Part shown: piece by piece, positions 1-10,462 of the stretch
Layout: every line of letters starts with the position of its first letter
Numbering within the stretch: the stretch's first letter is position 1
Origin: an uncultured Gammaproteobacteria bacterium
GTDB lineage: Bacteria; Patescibacteriota; Microgenomatia; JALYQM01
Assembly: GCA_964535655.1 (NCBI GenBank)
Contig: CAZHTP010000001.1
Coordinates: 186,862-250,861, forward strand
Direction: 5' to 3'
Length of the DNA: 64,000 bases
The notes under the pieces: generated by a model
What the model was told of the DNA's origin: nothing
Database searches by the model: none
What the model saw: only the letters and a program-made list of their open reading frames with translations
Program-made: the position numbers and the translations under genes

Positions 1-1365
1 TTAAAAGAAACTCTTTCTAACGCGATAGCGCAAGCGAGTGATGCTAAAGCATTTCTAAAAGATAGCAAGCCATTTCTTCAGGTGCTTCCTCAATTTTTAG
101 GCAAGGATAGGCCAGAAAAATATTTTATTATTTTTCAGAATGATAAGGAATTGCGGGCAACGGGTGGTTTTATAACCGCATTTGCTCGTTTAACTGTCGA
201 TAAGGGGCGGGTAGTTAATTCAGAATCAAGTGATATATACACTATTGATCAGCAGCTACGTTTAAAGCTTACTCCACCTGTTGCTATTCAAAAATATCTT
301 CCAGAGCCAAACGGTAAGGTAAAAACACATTGGCAGATTCGTGATTCAAACTTCTATCCAGATTTTAAGCAGTCAGCAGTACTCTTTGAAAATATATACG
401 AATACTTTAAGAGTAAAGAATATGTTTCTCTTACTGAAGACCAATTAAAGCAACGTCAAGCGACCGATTGGGATGGTCTAGTTGCTGTTGATACTAATGT
501 TGTTGAGCGGATAATTGGTATTCTTGGAGGGATAGAAGTAGATGGAGTTAAGTTTACTTCTGAAACTGATAAGCGGTGTAACTGTCCTAATGTTGTCTAT
601 GAGCTTGAGTCATATGCTGAGGGACAGGCTCGTGGAAATTCAGAACGTAAAGCATTGATTGGTAATTTAATGCAGGAAATTCTTTTACAATCATTTAAAC
701 AGGAAGATAAAATTCCTGCACTTGCTAACGAAGCGATTCGGTTAATGAATGAAAAGCATGTACAAGTCTACATGCACGAACCTAAGCTCCAACAGACTGT
801 TGAGAATTTAGACTGGGCTGGACGTATCGCTTCTGCTGAAAATCCAACAAAATTTAAGTACGAAGAGGGGAAATGGGACTATTGGCTTTGGAATGAATCT
901 AATTTTGCTAGTAAAAAAGCAAATCTTTATATAAGGCATGTTTCTAATCACCAATATGATGTTGCCGGTGATGGTACCACTACTGTTACTGCAACGGAGA
1001 CTGTTTCTAATCCTCAGCGGAATGATTATTGGTTGAATGCGTTATATCGTGCTTATTTCCGCGTTTATGTGCCTCCAGGTTCAGAACTCATCAAGGCTGA
1101 AGGATCTAGGGATCAAGTGCAGGTTACCAAAGAACAGGGCAAAACTATGTTTGACGGTTTTTATGAGTTGAAGCCGCAACAAGATCCTCCTGCAAAGGTA
1201 ACGTTAAAATATCGCTTGCCGTTTAAGCTTAAGAAAGGTGACGTGTATAAAGGTTTGTATCAAAAGCAAGCGGGAACAACTGGATTTGAATATACTATTA
1301 AAGGGCTTGGTGACGAAATAAAATTCGATTTAAATCAAGATCGATCAATTCAAGTTCAGCTCTAA
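1..1365 (+). CDS. DUF4012-family extracytoplasmic protein, 5'-partial
   Basis: Frame is open from base 1 (LKETLSNAIAQ...). Motifs FQNDKELRATGGFI, RDSNFYPDF, DGLVAVD, KANLY and YRAYFRVYVPPGS are typical of DUF4012 proteins. Confidence 0.75.
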   Translation, partial: LKETLSNAIAQASDAKAFLKDSKPFLQVLPQFLGKDRPEKYFIIFQNDKELRATGGFITAFARLTVDKGRVVNSESSDIYTIDQQLRLKLTPPVAIQKYLPEPNGKVKTHWQIRDSNFYPDFKQSAVLFENIYEYFKSKEYVSLTEDQLKQRQATDWDGLVAVDTNVVERIIGILGGIEVDGVKFTSETDKRCNCPNVVYELESYAEGQARGNSERKALIGNLMQEILLQSFKQEDKIPALANEAIRLMNEKHVQVYMHEPKLQQTVENLDWAGRIASAENPTKFKYEEGKWDYWLWNESNFASKKANLYIRHVSNHQYDVAGDGTTTVTATETVSNPQRNDYWLNALYRAYFRVYVPPGSELIKAEGSRDQVQVTKEQGKTMFDGFYELKPQQDPPAKVTLKYRLPFKLKKGDVYKGLYQKQAGTTGFEYTIKGLGDEIKFDLNQDRSIQVQL

Positions 1366-1384
1366 CTGTTTCTTGATATTTTTT

Positions 1385-1415
1385 AAGGACCTTGAAGTAA
1401 TTTGAGGTCCTTTTT
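1385..1415 (+). terminator. Intrinsic terminator after DUF4012 gene
   Basis: aaggacctt...gaggtcctt stem followed by a T-run. Confidence 0.7.
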
Positions 1416-1431
1416 GTTGATATAATTAGGT

Positions 1432-2085
1432 ATGTCAAAGTCATTCGTTTTAGATTGTGTGGTTTTAAAGAGGTTTGATTTAGGAGAAGCTGATCGGGTG
1501 TTGACTGTTTTTTCGCGAGAATTAGGTAAGGTGTCGGTTATTGCAAAAGGGGTTCGTCGGATAGTTTCACGAAAAGCAGGGAGTGTTGAAATTGGGAATA
1601 ACAGTCGTATTTTTGTGTTTGAAGGTAAGAATTTCTTTATTTTACAGGAAGTGAAAGTGTTGCATGCTTTTTTAACTTTAGGAACTCAGTTACCGATTTT
1701 TAAATATGGTTATTATGTTCTTGAGTTAGTTGATAGACTTACTCAGCCTGAAGAGCAGAATGAAAGTGTGTATCGTCTTTTAGTGGAAATATTAAAAATA
1801 CTTAATGCTAACCCGCGTAAGATTTTTATACGGGCTTTTGAGATGAAAATTTTGCATCGGTTGGGGTTTTTAACTGTAGATACACAGGCGGGCTCCATTT
1901 CCGGTTCGGAATTTCTAGATGATGAGTCGCTTGATCTATTGATTCATTTACAAGAGGACGGATGGGCAGTGATTGCGGGTATGGGGATGTCTGAGGATAG
2001 TTCGTTTCGGTTGGAGCAGTTTTTGAAGTTTAGGCTTGAGATGATTATTGAGCGGGAATTGAAGAGTTTGTATTATTTTGATTAA
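1432..2085 (+). CDS. recO: DNA repair protein RecO
   Basis: VLKRFDLGEADRVLTVFSRELGKVSVIAKGVRR N-terminal OB domain and FEMKILHRLGF. TGaTATAAT lies 5 nt before the ATG. Confidence 0.92.
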   Translation: MSKSFVLDCVVLKRFDLGEADRVLTVFSRELGKVSVIAKGVRRIVSRKAGSVEIGNNSRIFVFEGKNFFILQEVKVLHAFLTLGTQLPIFKYGYYVLELVDRLTQPEEQNESVYRLLVEILKILNANPRKIFIRAFEMKILHRLGFLTVDTQAGSISGSEFLDDESLDLLIHLQEDGWAVIAGMGMSEDSSFRLEQFLKFRLEMIIERELKSLYYFD

Positions 2086-2163
2086 ACTTTTTTGTATACT
2101 TTCTTGCTGAATCCTAGTTCACTTATTGCTGGATATGTGGTTGAGGCGGTATAATTTGCTGAT

Positions 2164-3552
2164 ATGGCTGAACAATCACTTACTGATAAAATAATAGCAC
2201 TTTGTAAAAGACGGGGATTTGTCTATCCTTCTTCTGAAATTTATGGCGGTTTAGCGAATAGCTATGACTACGGGCCAATGGGTGCGGCACTTTTACGTAA
2301 TATTCGTAATTTATGGTGGAAAAACTTTATTCAAATGCGTCCGGATATGGTCGGTTTGGATTCTTCAATAATTCTGCATCCTAAGGTATGGAAAGCTTCC
2401 GGGCATGTCGATACGTTTTCTGATGCGCTGATTGATTGTAAGAATTGTCAATTGCGCACACGTGCAGATCACTTAATAGAAGATTTTTTCGAAAAAGGAC
2501 AGGAATCTATTAAAGTTGAAGGGAAAACGGACGCACAGATGGACGAGATAGTTGCTCAAAATAAAATTTCCTGTCCAAATTGTGGTGAGTTTGCTTGGAC
2601 AAACATTCGTAAGTTTAATTTATTATTTGAGACCAATATTGGTATTGTTCCTGAATCGGAATCGAAAGCGTATCTTCGCGGGGAAACAGCACAAGGCATT
2701 TTTGTTTCATTTAAGAATATTATTGACTCAACTCGTGTTAAGTTTCCTTTCGGAGTAGGGCAAATTGGAAAAAGTTTCCGCAATGAAATTACCAAGGGCA
2801 ATTTTATTTTTCGCACATTAGAATTTGAACAAGCTGAAATTGAATATTTCTTTAATCCTAAGAAAACTGAATGGGAGCCAGTGTTTGAATCGTGGAAAAG
2901 TGCAATGTGGGACTTTCTCACTGAGAGCATGGGTATCCGTCCAGAAAATTTGCGTTGGCGAGAACATGGTGATGAAGAACGAAGTTTTTATAGTAAGCGA
3001 ACTGAAGATCTTGAATATAATTTTCCTTGGGGGTTTAAAGAGTTGTGGGGGATAGCTTACCGAACTGATTATGACCTAAATCAACATCAAAAGTTTTCTG
3101 GTAAGGATCTTACGGTTTTGGACACGGAAACAAATGAGAAATTCCTTCCTCATGTTATCGAGCCGGCGGTAGGAGTTACCCGCTTATTCTTTATGCTTTT
3201 GCTTGATTCTTTTGTAGAAGAAGGAGAGGGTGATTCTGCTCGATCGTATCTTAGATTACCAAAAGAGTTTGCACCATATCGAGTTGCTGTCTTTCCGTTG
3301 GTTGCGAATAAGCCACACTTAATCGAAAAAGCAGAAGAATTGTATCGCTTACTTTCAGCGGAATATGCTGTTGCGTGGGATGATAGAGGAAATATTGGGA
3401 AGCGATACCGTGCCCAGGATGAAATTGGTACTCCTTTCTGTGTAACTGTTGACTATCAAACACTTGAAGACGGTACTGTTACTATTCGTAATCGTGATAC
3501 CATGGAACAAGAGCGAGTGAAGATTGAGGGAGTAGCACAATTTATTGCATAA
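2164..3552 (+). CDS. glyQS: Glycine--tRNA ligase, alpha2 (GlyQS) type
   Basis: KRRGFVYPSSEIYGG, YLRGETAQGIF, GKSFRNEI, IEPAVG, and anticodon domain GKRYRAQDEIGTPFCVTVD. Confidence 0.96.
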   Translation: MAEQSLTDKIIALCKRRGFVYPSSEIYGGLANSYDYGPMGAALLRNIRNLWWKNFIQMRPDMVGLDSSIILHPKVWKASGHVDTFSDALIDCKNCQLRTRADHLIEDFFEKGQESIKVEGKTDAQMDEIVAQNKISCPNCGEFAWTNIRKFNLLFETNIGIVPESESKAYLRGETAQGIFVSFKNIIDSTRVKFPFGVGQIGKSFRNEITKGNFIFRTLEFEQAEIEYFFNPKKTEWEPVFESWKSAMWDFLTESMGIRPENLRWREHGDEERSFYSKRTEDLEYNFPWGFKELWGIAYRTDYDLNQHQKFSGKDLTVLDTETNEKFLPHVIEPAVGVTRLFFMLLLDSFVEEGEGDSARSYLRLPKEFAPYRVAVFPLVANKPHLIEKAEELYRLLSAEYAVAWDDRGNIGKRYRAQDEIGTPFCVTVDYQTLEDGTVTIRNRDTMEQERVKIEGVAQFIA

Positions 3553-3555
3553 GTT

Positions 3556-4011
3556 ATGAACATTCGGCCAGCAACGGAACACGATATACCTAAATTGCTT
3601 ACTTTGAAACCGAACCATGAAGAGTTTATTTATAGGGGACGGTTAAAAGAAATGAGTCGTGGCGAGTCTGTTTTTCTGGTTGCTGAAGATGCTGGACATT
3701 TGGTTGGAATGTCCCTGCTTTGTTATTACGGTAAAGCCACATATCCACACTATCCTGATATCCGTGATATTTATGTTCATGAAGGTAGGCGCAGCGCTGG
3801 AATTGGATCAGAATTGATTCATATTTGTGAAGAATTAGCGCGATCTAAGGGGTTTAATACGATAGGTCTGGCGGTTAACCCTACATTAAATGCTCGAGCA
3901 AGGCGACTATATGAGCGGTTAGGATATATGACAACCGGAGACGAGCCTTATTTGGATGGTGTTTATAATGGTGTGGAAGACTGGGTTGTTGATATGGTTA
4001 AGAAGATTTAA
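3556..4011 (+). CDS. GNAT family N-acetyltransferase
   Basis: MNIRPA start, IYVHEGRRSAGIGSELI (acetyl-CoA motif A), N.RARRLYERLGY. Confidence 0.88.
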   Translation: MNIRPATEHDIPKLLTLKPNHEEFIYRGRLKEMSRGESVFLVAEDAGHLVGMSLLCYYGKATYPHYPDIRDIYVHEGRRSAGIGSELIHICEELARSKGFNTIGLAVNPTLNARARRLYERLGYMTTGDEPYLDGVYNGVEDWVVDMVKKI

Positions 4012-4882
4012 TCCGCTGCCCCTTTCTATGTCCTTCTGCAATCAAAATAGCACCGATAATAACTGCTCCACCAAGCGCTTTAATTGGCATCATTTTTTCT
4101 CCTCCTAGAGTCCAGGCAAAAAAAGCAGCACTTATTGGTTCGAGTACGCCAAAAATTGAAACAGTCATAGGACTGATATATTTTTGAGATGTCGTTTGTA
4201 AAATGTATGCGACGACTGACGGAAAAATTGCTAAATAGACCATTTCGTAAAGTGAATTTGTTCCACTTATAGTCAATGGTGCGTGCATTAATAAAACGGT
4301 AATAAAGGTTGTAATTGTCAAAAAGAGGAATTGTTGAAAGCAAAGAATCAAGGCATCTGCCCGCTGTTTCAAGTAATAATCAACGAGCAAATATTGCCCG
4401 GCGATTGCAAAGGCAGCTAGAGCCGTTACGCTATCACCAAGTCCGATTTGACCAACGCCTCCCGTAATTATATACAGTCCTGTAGTTGCCATAATTACGG
4501 AAATAATTCGTTGCTTCGTAATTTTGGATTTATAAATTATGGCTGTTACGATAGGGATAATAATTATATACAGTGAGGTGATGAAACCTGAATTCGATGC
4601 ACTAACATATACGAGCCCAATTGTTTGCGGTATGTAGAGTAGCCATAGAATTAATCCTAAATGTAATCCGCGTTGTAGCTTTACAAAGGGATTCTTTTTA
4701 AGAAGTATCAGAATAAAACCCATTATTCCTGTCGCAATGAGAAATCGATACAAGACCAACGTGACGGGGTGAATACCACTTAGAGAATCTTTTATGACAA
4801 AATAGGTCGACCCCCAGATTAAAAAGGCAATAATAATTGCCATATGAGCTAACATTATTTTTCGCTGTTTTTTCTCAAGCAT
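3998..4882 (-). CDS. EamA/DMT family transporter
   Basis: IWGSTY, RFLIA, about 10 hydrophobic helices, duplicated EamA pattern (LEPISAAFFAW.LGGE). Confidence 0.9.
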   Translation of the reverse strand: MLEKKQRKIMLAHMAIIIAFLIWGSTYFVIKDSLSGIHPVTLVLYRFLIATGIMGFILILLKKNPFVKLQRGLHLGLILWLLYIPQTIGLVYVSASNSGFITSLYIIIIPIVTAIIYKSKITKQRIISVIMATTGLYIITGGVGQIGLGDSVTALAAFAIAGQYLLVDYYLKQRADALILCFQQFLFLTITTFITVLLMHAPLTISGTNSLYEMVYLAIFPSVVAYILQTTSQKYISPMTVSIFGVLEPISAAFFAWTLGGEKMMPIKALGGAVIIGAILIAEGHRKGQRIKSS

Positions 4883-4921
4883 CTCTTTAATGGTACATCA
4901 AATTTGGTATACTTTGTGCAG

Positions 4922-5818
4922 ATGAAGTATGTCCATATTCCCGTTCTACTTGCAGAAGTACTTGCTGCGCTACGCATTATGACCGGTCAAAAGTATATTG
5001 ATTGTACTTTTGGAGGGGGCGGTTACGCTCGGGGGATTGCTGAAAAGGGTGGTATCGTGCTGGGACTTGATGTAGACGAAGACGCGGTTGCTCGAGTAAT
5101 TTCTGGAGAAGTTGTAATTCCAAATGTTCGAGTAATCAGGGCGAATTTTGAAAGTGTATACGAGTTTGCCCAGAAAGAGAATTTCTTGCCAGTTCACGGC
5201 ATAGTTTTTGATTTGGGAGTGTCAAGCTTTCAGATTGATACCCCAGAGAAAGGATTTTCTTTTCTAAAGACCGGACCTTTGGATATGCGGATGGATCGTA
5301 CCTTAGGAATCTCGGCGGGGAGACTATTAGATATTCTCGATGAAAGATCTTTATCAGAGTTAATATACAAGTTTAGCGATGAAATGCACGCTAAAAAGAT
5401 CGCTCGCGAGATAGTTTCAGAGCGTGAAAAACATAAGAATGAAACTGGAGCTTACTGGGAAAACAGAACTACAACTGATCTGTCGGGATTTGTAGAAAAG
5501 GTGGTTGGTGGAAGAAGAGATCGTATTCACCCTGCGACTCGTTTATTTCAGGCCTTACGTATGGCTGTTAACGACGAAGCAGGTGCTTTGGATAGAGGAT
5601 TGCGTGGCGCCTTTGATTGTCTAGTAGCGCGCGGAAGGCTTGTTGTTGTAACTTTTCATTCGGGTGAAGACCGAATTGTGAAATCATTTATGGAATCAAA
5701 AATGGAGGATAGATCTGGTACGATAATTGGAGATATAACACTTGCTAATGAACGGGAAGTGGCAGCAAATCCGCGTTCACGAAGCGCTAAGATGCGTGTT
5801 ATAGAAAAGATATATTAA
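4922..5818 (+). CDS. rsmH: 16S rRNA m4C1402 methyltransferase RsmH
   Basis: HIPVLLAEV, DCTFGGGGY, DLGVSSFQ, GPLDMRMD, HPATRLFQALR, NPRSRSAKMR. Start moved to ATG 4922, 8 nt after TGgTATACT. Confidence 0.95.
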   Translation: MKYVHIPVLLAEVLAALRIMTGQKYIDCTFGGGGYARGIAEKGGIVLGLDVDEDAVARVISGEVVIPNVRVIRANFESVYEFAQKENFLPVHGIVFDLGVSSFQIDTPEKGFSFLKTGPLDMRMDRTLGISAGRLLDILDERSLSELIYKFSDEMHAKKIAREIVSEREKHKNETGAYWENRTTTDLSGFVEKVVGGRRDRIHPATRLFQALRMAVNDEAGALDRGLRGAFDCLVARGRLVVVTFHSGEDRIVKSFMESKMEDRSGTIIGDITLANEREVAANPRSRSAKMRVIEKIY

Positions 5819-5829
5819 TTATAAAATAT

Positions 5830-6096
5830 ATGGGCTCATTTTCACTAAATAAAATTTTCTTTGTTGTTACCTGCTTAACCGTAACAGCGTTTTTTCTTTT
5901 GCTTGTTGTCGCAAATGTTACCAACCGCAAGGGGATTGAAGAGATTGGTACCTATCAAAAAGATATTCGTAAATATGATTTTCAAATATCTGAATTAGAC
6001 AGTACTATTGCAACCTATTCATCACTTATCAGAATTGAGAACAGAGCTCGAGAAATGGGGCTTGTTCCTGCTAGGAAAACCGAATATCTTAAATAG
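5830..6096 (+). CDS. ftsL: Cell division protein FtsL-like
   Basis: Single TM plus coiled coil ending SLIRIENRAREMGL; lies between rsmH and ftsI. Confidence 0.7.
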   Translation: MGSFSLNKIFFVVTCLTVTAFFLLLVVANVTNRKGIEEIGTYQKDIRKYDFQISELDSTIATYSSLIRIENRAREMGLVPARKTEYLK

Positions 6097-6184
6097 CCGG
6101 CATTGTACTTCACTGATACTGTTTGCTTTGCAAAGTTGAGTTACTGGAGTATACTTTCCTTACTACTAAGTTAGATATCTGCCC

Positions 6185-7975
6185 ATGTATCGACTACGTC
6201 TTCTATTTGCTTTCTTTATTGTGCTTATTGGACTTGTTTGGTTGCGCCTATTTTATTGGCAGGTTATCAGCGGTAGCAAAATTAAAGTGATTGCGGCTTC
6301 TCAGCATATTGGAAGATTTGATCTTAATGCTAAGCGAGGTGAGTTTTTTACCCATGATGGTTTTCCTCTGGTTTTAAACGCTGTTTCGTACCGCGTTGTT
6401 GCAGATCCTCATTCTGTAACCGATCCCATAGATACTATTTCACAAAAATTTGCTGATCTTGTTGTAAGTGATGATACTACGCGCAGAAATGAAGCAATGC
6501 AGATTGTTCATGAAGCAACTGCTGCTACAGAGCCCGCTTCCTATAAACTTACTGATGATCATGTTCGGTTGCAGAAGAATGAAGAGGCAAAGAGAATTGC
6601 AGATATTCTGAGTAAAAAGGATTTGCGTTGGGCTCAGTTGTATTCTCATGTATTCCCGGAGATAAAAGAAAAACTGGAAGCACTGAAGTATAAAGGGATA
6701 ACTTTTGAAAACACTTTTGGTCGAATGTACCCGGAAGCATCTCTTTCAGGAACGTTTGTTGGGATTCTTGGCTCAGATATGAATGGAGAGCCACAAGGTT
6801 CGTATGGGCTTGAAGGTAAGTATGATGGCGAAATTTCCGGTAAGGGTGGCAAAGTTCGTCAAGAGCAGGATGCTACAGGGCGTATGATCCTAGCAGGAGA
6901 TTATCGCAATATTAGAGCTCGTCACGGTTCGGATTTGCAGTTACACATAGATCGTACTGTGCAGCATATCGTCCAAGAAAAATTGCGAGCTGGCGTAATA
7001 AGTAATGGTGCTAAAGATGGTTCGATTATTGTAATGGACCCGAAAACAGGTGGGATTATTGCAATGTCTTCCTATCCAACCATTGTCCCTAATCTGCGCG
7101 AATTTTTCCCTAATTCGTGGTATAAAAACCCTTTAGTTGCCGATACCTATGAACCCGGCTCTACTTTTAAAACGGTTGTTATGGCCGCTGGAATCGATGC
7201 TGGAGTTATAAATTATAATACCACTTGTCCTGTATGTTCGGAGCCGAGAAAAGTGGGTACGGCATTAATCCGGACATGGAACAACCAGTATATGCAAAAC
7301 CCAACGATGGAGGAGGTATTAATTCATTCTGATAACACTGGAATGGTTTTTATTGGAGATAAGCTTGGAAAAGAAAAATTGCAAAGTTATCTCAAAAATT
7401 TTGGTTTTGGGCAAACAACAGGAGTAGATTTACAGGACGAAACAGGTTCGTTACTACGTGATGCTAAGGATATGCGGGATATAGATTTTGCGACCGAGAC
7501 ATTTGGTCAGGGAATTGCAGTAACGCCGATTCAGATGGTACGGGCTGTGAGTGCGATTGCAAATAAAGGTAAATTAATGGAACCTCATGTGGTAGAAAAG
7601 ATTATCAGAGGTAATGAAACAGTTGAAATTAAACCTAAAGAAATTCGGCAGGTAATTTCAGAGAGGGCGGCTCTTACTATGACTGATATCATGGTTAAAT
7701 CAGCAGAACATGGAGAAGCCAAATTCGCAATTTTACCTGGATATCGTATTGCAGGAAAAACAGGAACAGCTCAAATCCCTGTAGATGGTGTTTATGATGC
7801 AAGTAAAACGATTGCCTCATTTGTTGGTTTTGCTCCAGCTGATAACCCTAAATTTGTAATGCTTGTACGTTTAACTGAGCCTAAAAAATCACAGTGGGGC
7901 TCGGAGACGGCAGCCCCTTTGTTTTTTGCCATTACAAAGGAGTTATTGCGTTATTATAGTATCTCTCCGCAATAG
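6185..7975 (+). CDS. ftsI: Class B penicillin-binding protein FtsI/PBP3
   Basis: N-terminal TM, RGEF, RMYP, GLEG motifs; transpeptidase motifs STFK, SDN, KTGT. Confidence 0.92.
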   Translation: MYRLRLLFAFFIVLIGLVWLRLFYWQVISGSKIKVIAASQHIGRFDLNAKRGEFFTHDGFPLVLNAVSYRVVADPHSVTDPIDTISQKFADLVVSDDTTRRNEAMQIVHEATAATEPASYKLTDDHVRLQKNEEAKRIADILSKKDLRWAQLYSHVFPEIKEKLEALKYKGITFENTFGRMYPEASLSGTFVGILGSDMNGEPQGSYGLEGKYDGEISGKGGKVRQEQDATGRMILAGDYRNIRARHGSDLQLHIDRTVQHIVQEKLRAGVISNGAKDGSIIVMDPKTGGIIAMSSYPTIVPNLREFFPNSWYKNPLVADTYEPGSTFKTVVMAAGIDAGVINYNTTCPVCSEPRKVGTALIRTWNNQYMQNPTMEEVLIHSDNTGMVFIGDKLGKEKLQSYLKNFGFGQTTGVDLQDETGSLLRDAKDMRDIDFATETFGQGIAVTPIQMVRAVSAIANKGKLMEPHVVEKIIRGNETVEIKPKEIRQVISERAALTMTDIMVKSAEHGEAKFAILPGYRIAGKTGTAQIPVDGVYDASKTIASFVGFAPADNPKFVMLVRLTEPKKSQWGSETAAPLFFAITKELLRYYSISPQ

Positions 7976-8001
7976 GGAAAGAAATTGGTATAATGCTTGT
8001 T

Positions 8002-9615
8002 ATGCAATTACATAAACTATTATCTTCCCTCAATTATGAGGTATTAACTGGTTCACTCGAAAACGAAGTAGGGTCGATTCATTTTGATTCTCGAGAAATT
8101 AAGAACCGCGATATTTTTGTCGCTCGAAAAGGGTTAACTATTGATTCTCATTCATTTATTGATGATGTGATATCTTTGCAACCTTGTGCTATCGTTGGGC
8201 AGGATTTTACCGAAGATCAGATCCTAAAAGCCAGGGATACTAATGTGACTTTAATTAAAGTAGATGATTCTGCTTATGTTGGAGGCGTAATGGTTGCCGC
8301 GTGGTATGATTTTCCATTTACTAAAATGCATATGATTGGAGTTACGGGTACTGATGGTAAGACTACTACCTCTAATTTAATCTATCACTTATTAAAATCG
8401 GCTGGTAAAAAAGTGGGGGTGATTTCAACTTTATCTGCTTGTATTTTTGATGGAACCCGCGAAGTAGAAAATGATACCGGATTTCATGTTACTACCCCAG
8501 ATGTGTTAGAAGTTCAAAAATATCTTGCTGATATGGTCGCAAAGGGCTGCGAATATGCCGTTATTGAATGTACTTCTCATGCATTTGCTCAGGAACGAGT
8601 AGCGGGAATTAACTTTAACGTGGGAGTAGTAACTAACATAACTCATGAACACCTTGATTATCACAAGACTTTAGAACGCTATATTTTAGCTAAATCGCTT
8701 TTGTTTCGTATTGATACTTCACTGCCGCAATCTGCTTATACTGAACGTATTGCTGTAATTAATCAGGACGATCGTGCATGGGAATATCTGTTACCATATA
8801 CAAAAACATGGTCGCGAAAAGGGTACGGTTATAATGATTTTGCTGAATATCATATCATTTCAGATGAACAGCTTTCTTCCGGTATTTCCTATCTTTTTCA
8901 AAAAGAGAATACGATGGGAAATCCTATTGAGCAGATTAAAGTTCAGCTGTCTCTATTTGGTAGATATAATATTGCTAACTCGATCGCAGCAATTGCTACA
9001 TTGTCAGAGTTGGGTTTTCCCGATACTGTTAGTGCTTTGAATATAAAAAAGTTTATGGGTTTAGTGGGTAGGTTTGAGCGTTTTTCTACAAAATCTCATG
9101 GGTTGGTTGTCGTTGATTTTGCGCATACACCACATGCTCTCGAAGAGATTTTAAGATTAGCTCATTCATTATCGTCCGGAAAAATAACTGTTGTGTTTGG
9201 CTGTGCAGGGTTACGTGATGTAGAAAAGCGCTATTTAATGGGAGAAATTGCTGGTCAGCATGCCGATGTGACCATTATTACGGTAGAGGATCCTCGCACT
9301 GAGAAGCTTGATGATATCAATGGACGAATTATCAAAGGTCTGAGCGATACTGGAGCGGAGGAATATCCGGTTGAAAAAATTGAACAGTTTTCGTCAAAAG
9401 TTGTTCGCGAAAACCTCTCTGAACACTTCCCCCTTTATGTGAGGATTGATGATCGAAGAAAGGCCATTGAAAGCGCGATTCGAATTTCGAGTGAACAAGA
9501 TATTGTCTTGATCTGCGGTAAAGGCCACGAAAAGAGTATGAATTATGGTAATGGTGAAGTGCCTTGGAGCGACCAGCAAGTAGTGGTTGAGATGCTGAAA
9601 AATATCGAAGGATAG
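8002..9615 (+). CDS. murE: UDP-MurNAc-tripeptide synthetase MurE
   Basis: DSR, GVTGTDGKTTT, TTPD, TNITHEHLDYH, DFAHTP, VFGCAG.RD, GKGHE. Start at ATG 8002, 7 nt after TGgTATAAT. Confidence 0.93.
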   Translation: MQLHKLLSSLNYEVLTGSLENEVGSIHFDSREIKNRDIFVARKGLTIDSHSFIDDVISLQPCAIVGQDFTEDQILKARDTNVTLIKVDDSAYVGGVMVAAWYDFPFTKMHMIGVTGTDGKTTTSNLIYHLLKSAGKKVGVISTLSACIFDGTREVENDTGFHVTTPDVLEVQKYLADMVAKGCEYAVIECTSHAFAQERVAGINFNVGVVTNITHEHLDYHKTLERYILAKSLLFRIDTSLPQSAYTERIAVINQDDRAWEYLLPYTKTWSRKGYGYNDFAEYHIISDEQLSSGISYLFQKENTMGNPIEQIKVQLSLFGRYNIANSIAAIATLSELGFPDTVSALNIKKFMGLVGRFERFSTKSHGLVVVDFAHTPHALEEILRLAHSLSSGKITVVFGCAGLRDVEKRYLMGEIAGQHADVTIITVEDPRTEKLDDINGRIIKGLSDTGAEEYPVEKIEQFSSKVVRENLSEHFPLYVRIDDRRKAIESAIRISSEQDIVLICGKGHEKSMNYGNGEVPWSDQQVVVEMLKNIEG

Positions 9616-9620
9616 CTTTT

Positions 9621-10451
9621 ATGGATACTCGACCGATTGGTGTTTTTGATTCTGGATTTGGTGGATTAACCGTCCTATCAGAGTTGGCTTCTCAGTTCCC
9701 CAATGAGAATTTTATCTATCTTGGTGATACTTTGCGTGTACCGTATGGGAATAAGTCTGAGAGCGAGGTTATTCAGTATTCATTGCAACTATCGCGTTGG
9801 CTTGTAAAGCAAAACGTAAAAGCAATTGTAGTCGCTTGTAATACTTCTTCATGTTTAGCGTTACCTTCGCTACGGACAGAATTTAATGCCTGTTTTTGGG
9901 GAATGATTGATGCTGGTACGGAAACTGTGATGCGGTATCAAGATTTACTTGGAGAAGATGTTAATCGTCTCGGTATTCTTGGGACGAAAAATACGATTGG
10001 AGCTCGTGCACATGAGAATGCATTACGCAGTGCAGGTTTTCTTGGTGAAATCTATCCTGTTGCTTGCCCTTTATTTGTTCCTATACTTGAAGAGGGAGTT
10101 ATGGATCGAAATATCTGGTATTCAGTCATAAATTACTATCTTTCGACTATTCGTGACGCCAATATCGGTGCTCTTTTACTTGCCTGTACCCATTATCCAA
10201 TTCTTACCGAGAATCTTCAGGAATATTTTGAAGGAAGGGTTCAATTACTCGATCCGAATTATCTCCTCGCTCTTGAGTTGCGTGCTTATATGACCGAGCG
10301 TTCTGAGTTAAACAATGAATCCTCACTTGGTAAAATTGAATTATGTATTACTGGTTCAGTTGATTCCTTTCAATCGTTTTATCATCGCTTTTTTGAATTT
10401 AAAGCTGAAAATGTTCGAGTTGTTGATTTATCTGAGTTAAGTAGTTTATAA
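9621..10451 (+). CDS. murI: Glutamate racemase
   Basis: IGVFDSGFGGLTV, PYG, VACNTSS and LACTHYP (both catalytic Cys). Confidence 0.95.
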   Translation: MDTRPIGVFDSGFGGLTVLSELASQFPNENFIYLGDTLRVPYGNKSESEVIQYSLQLSRWLVKQNVKAIVVACNTSSCLALPSLRTEFNACFWGMIDAGTETVMRYQDLLGEDVNRLGILGTKNTIGARAHENALRSAGFLGEIYPVACPLFVPILEEGVMDRNIWYSVINYYLSTIRDANIGALLLACTHYPILTENLQEYFEGRVQLLDPNYLLALELRAYMTERSELNNESSLGKIELCITGSVDSFQSFYHRFFEFKAENVRVVDLSELSSL

Positions 10452-10462
10452 GTAACTAAACT

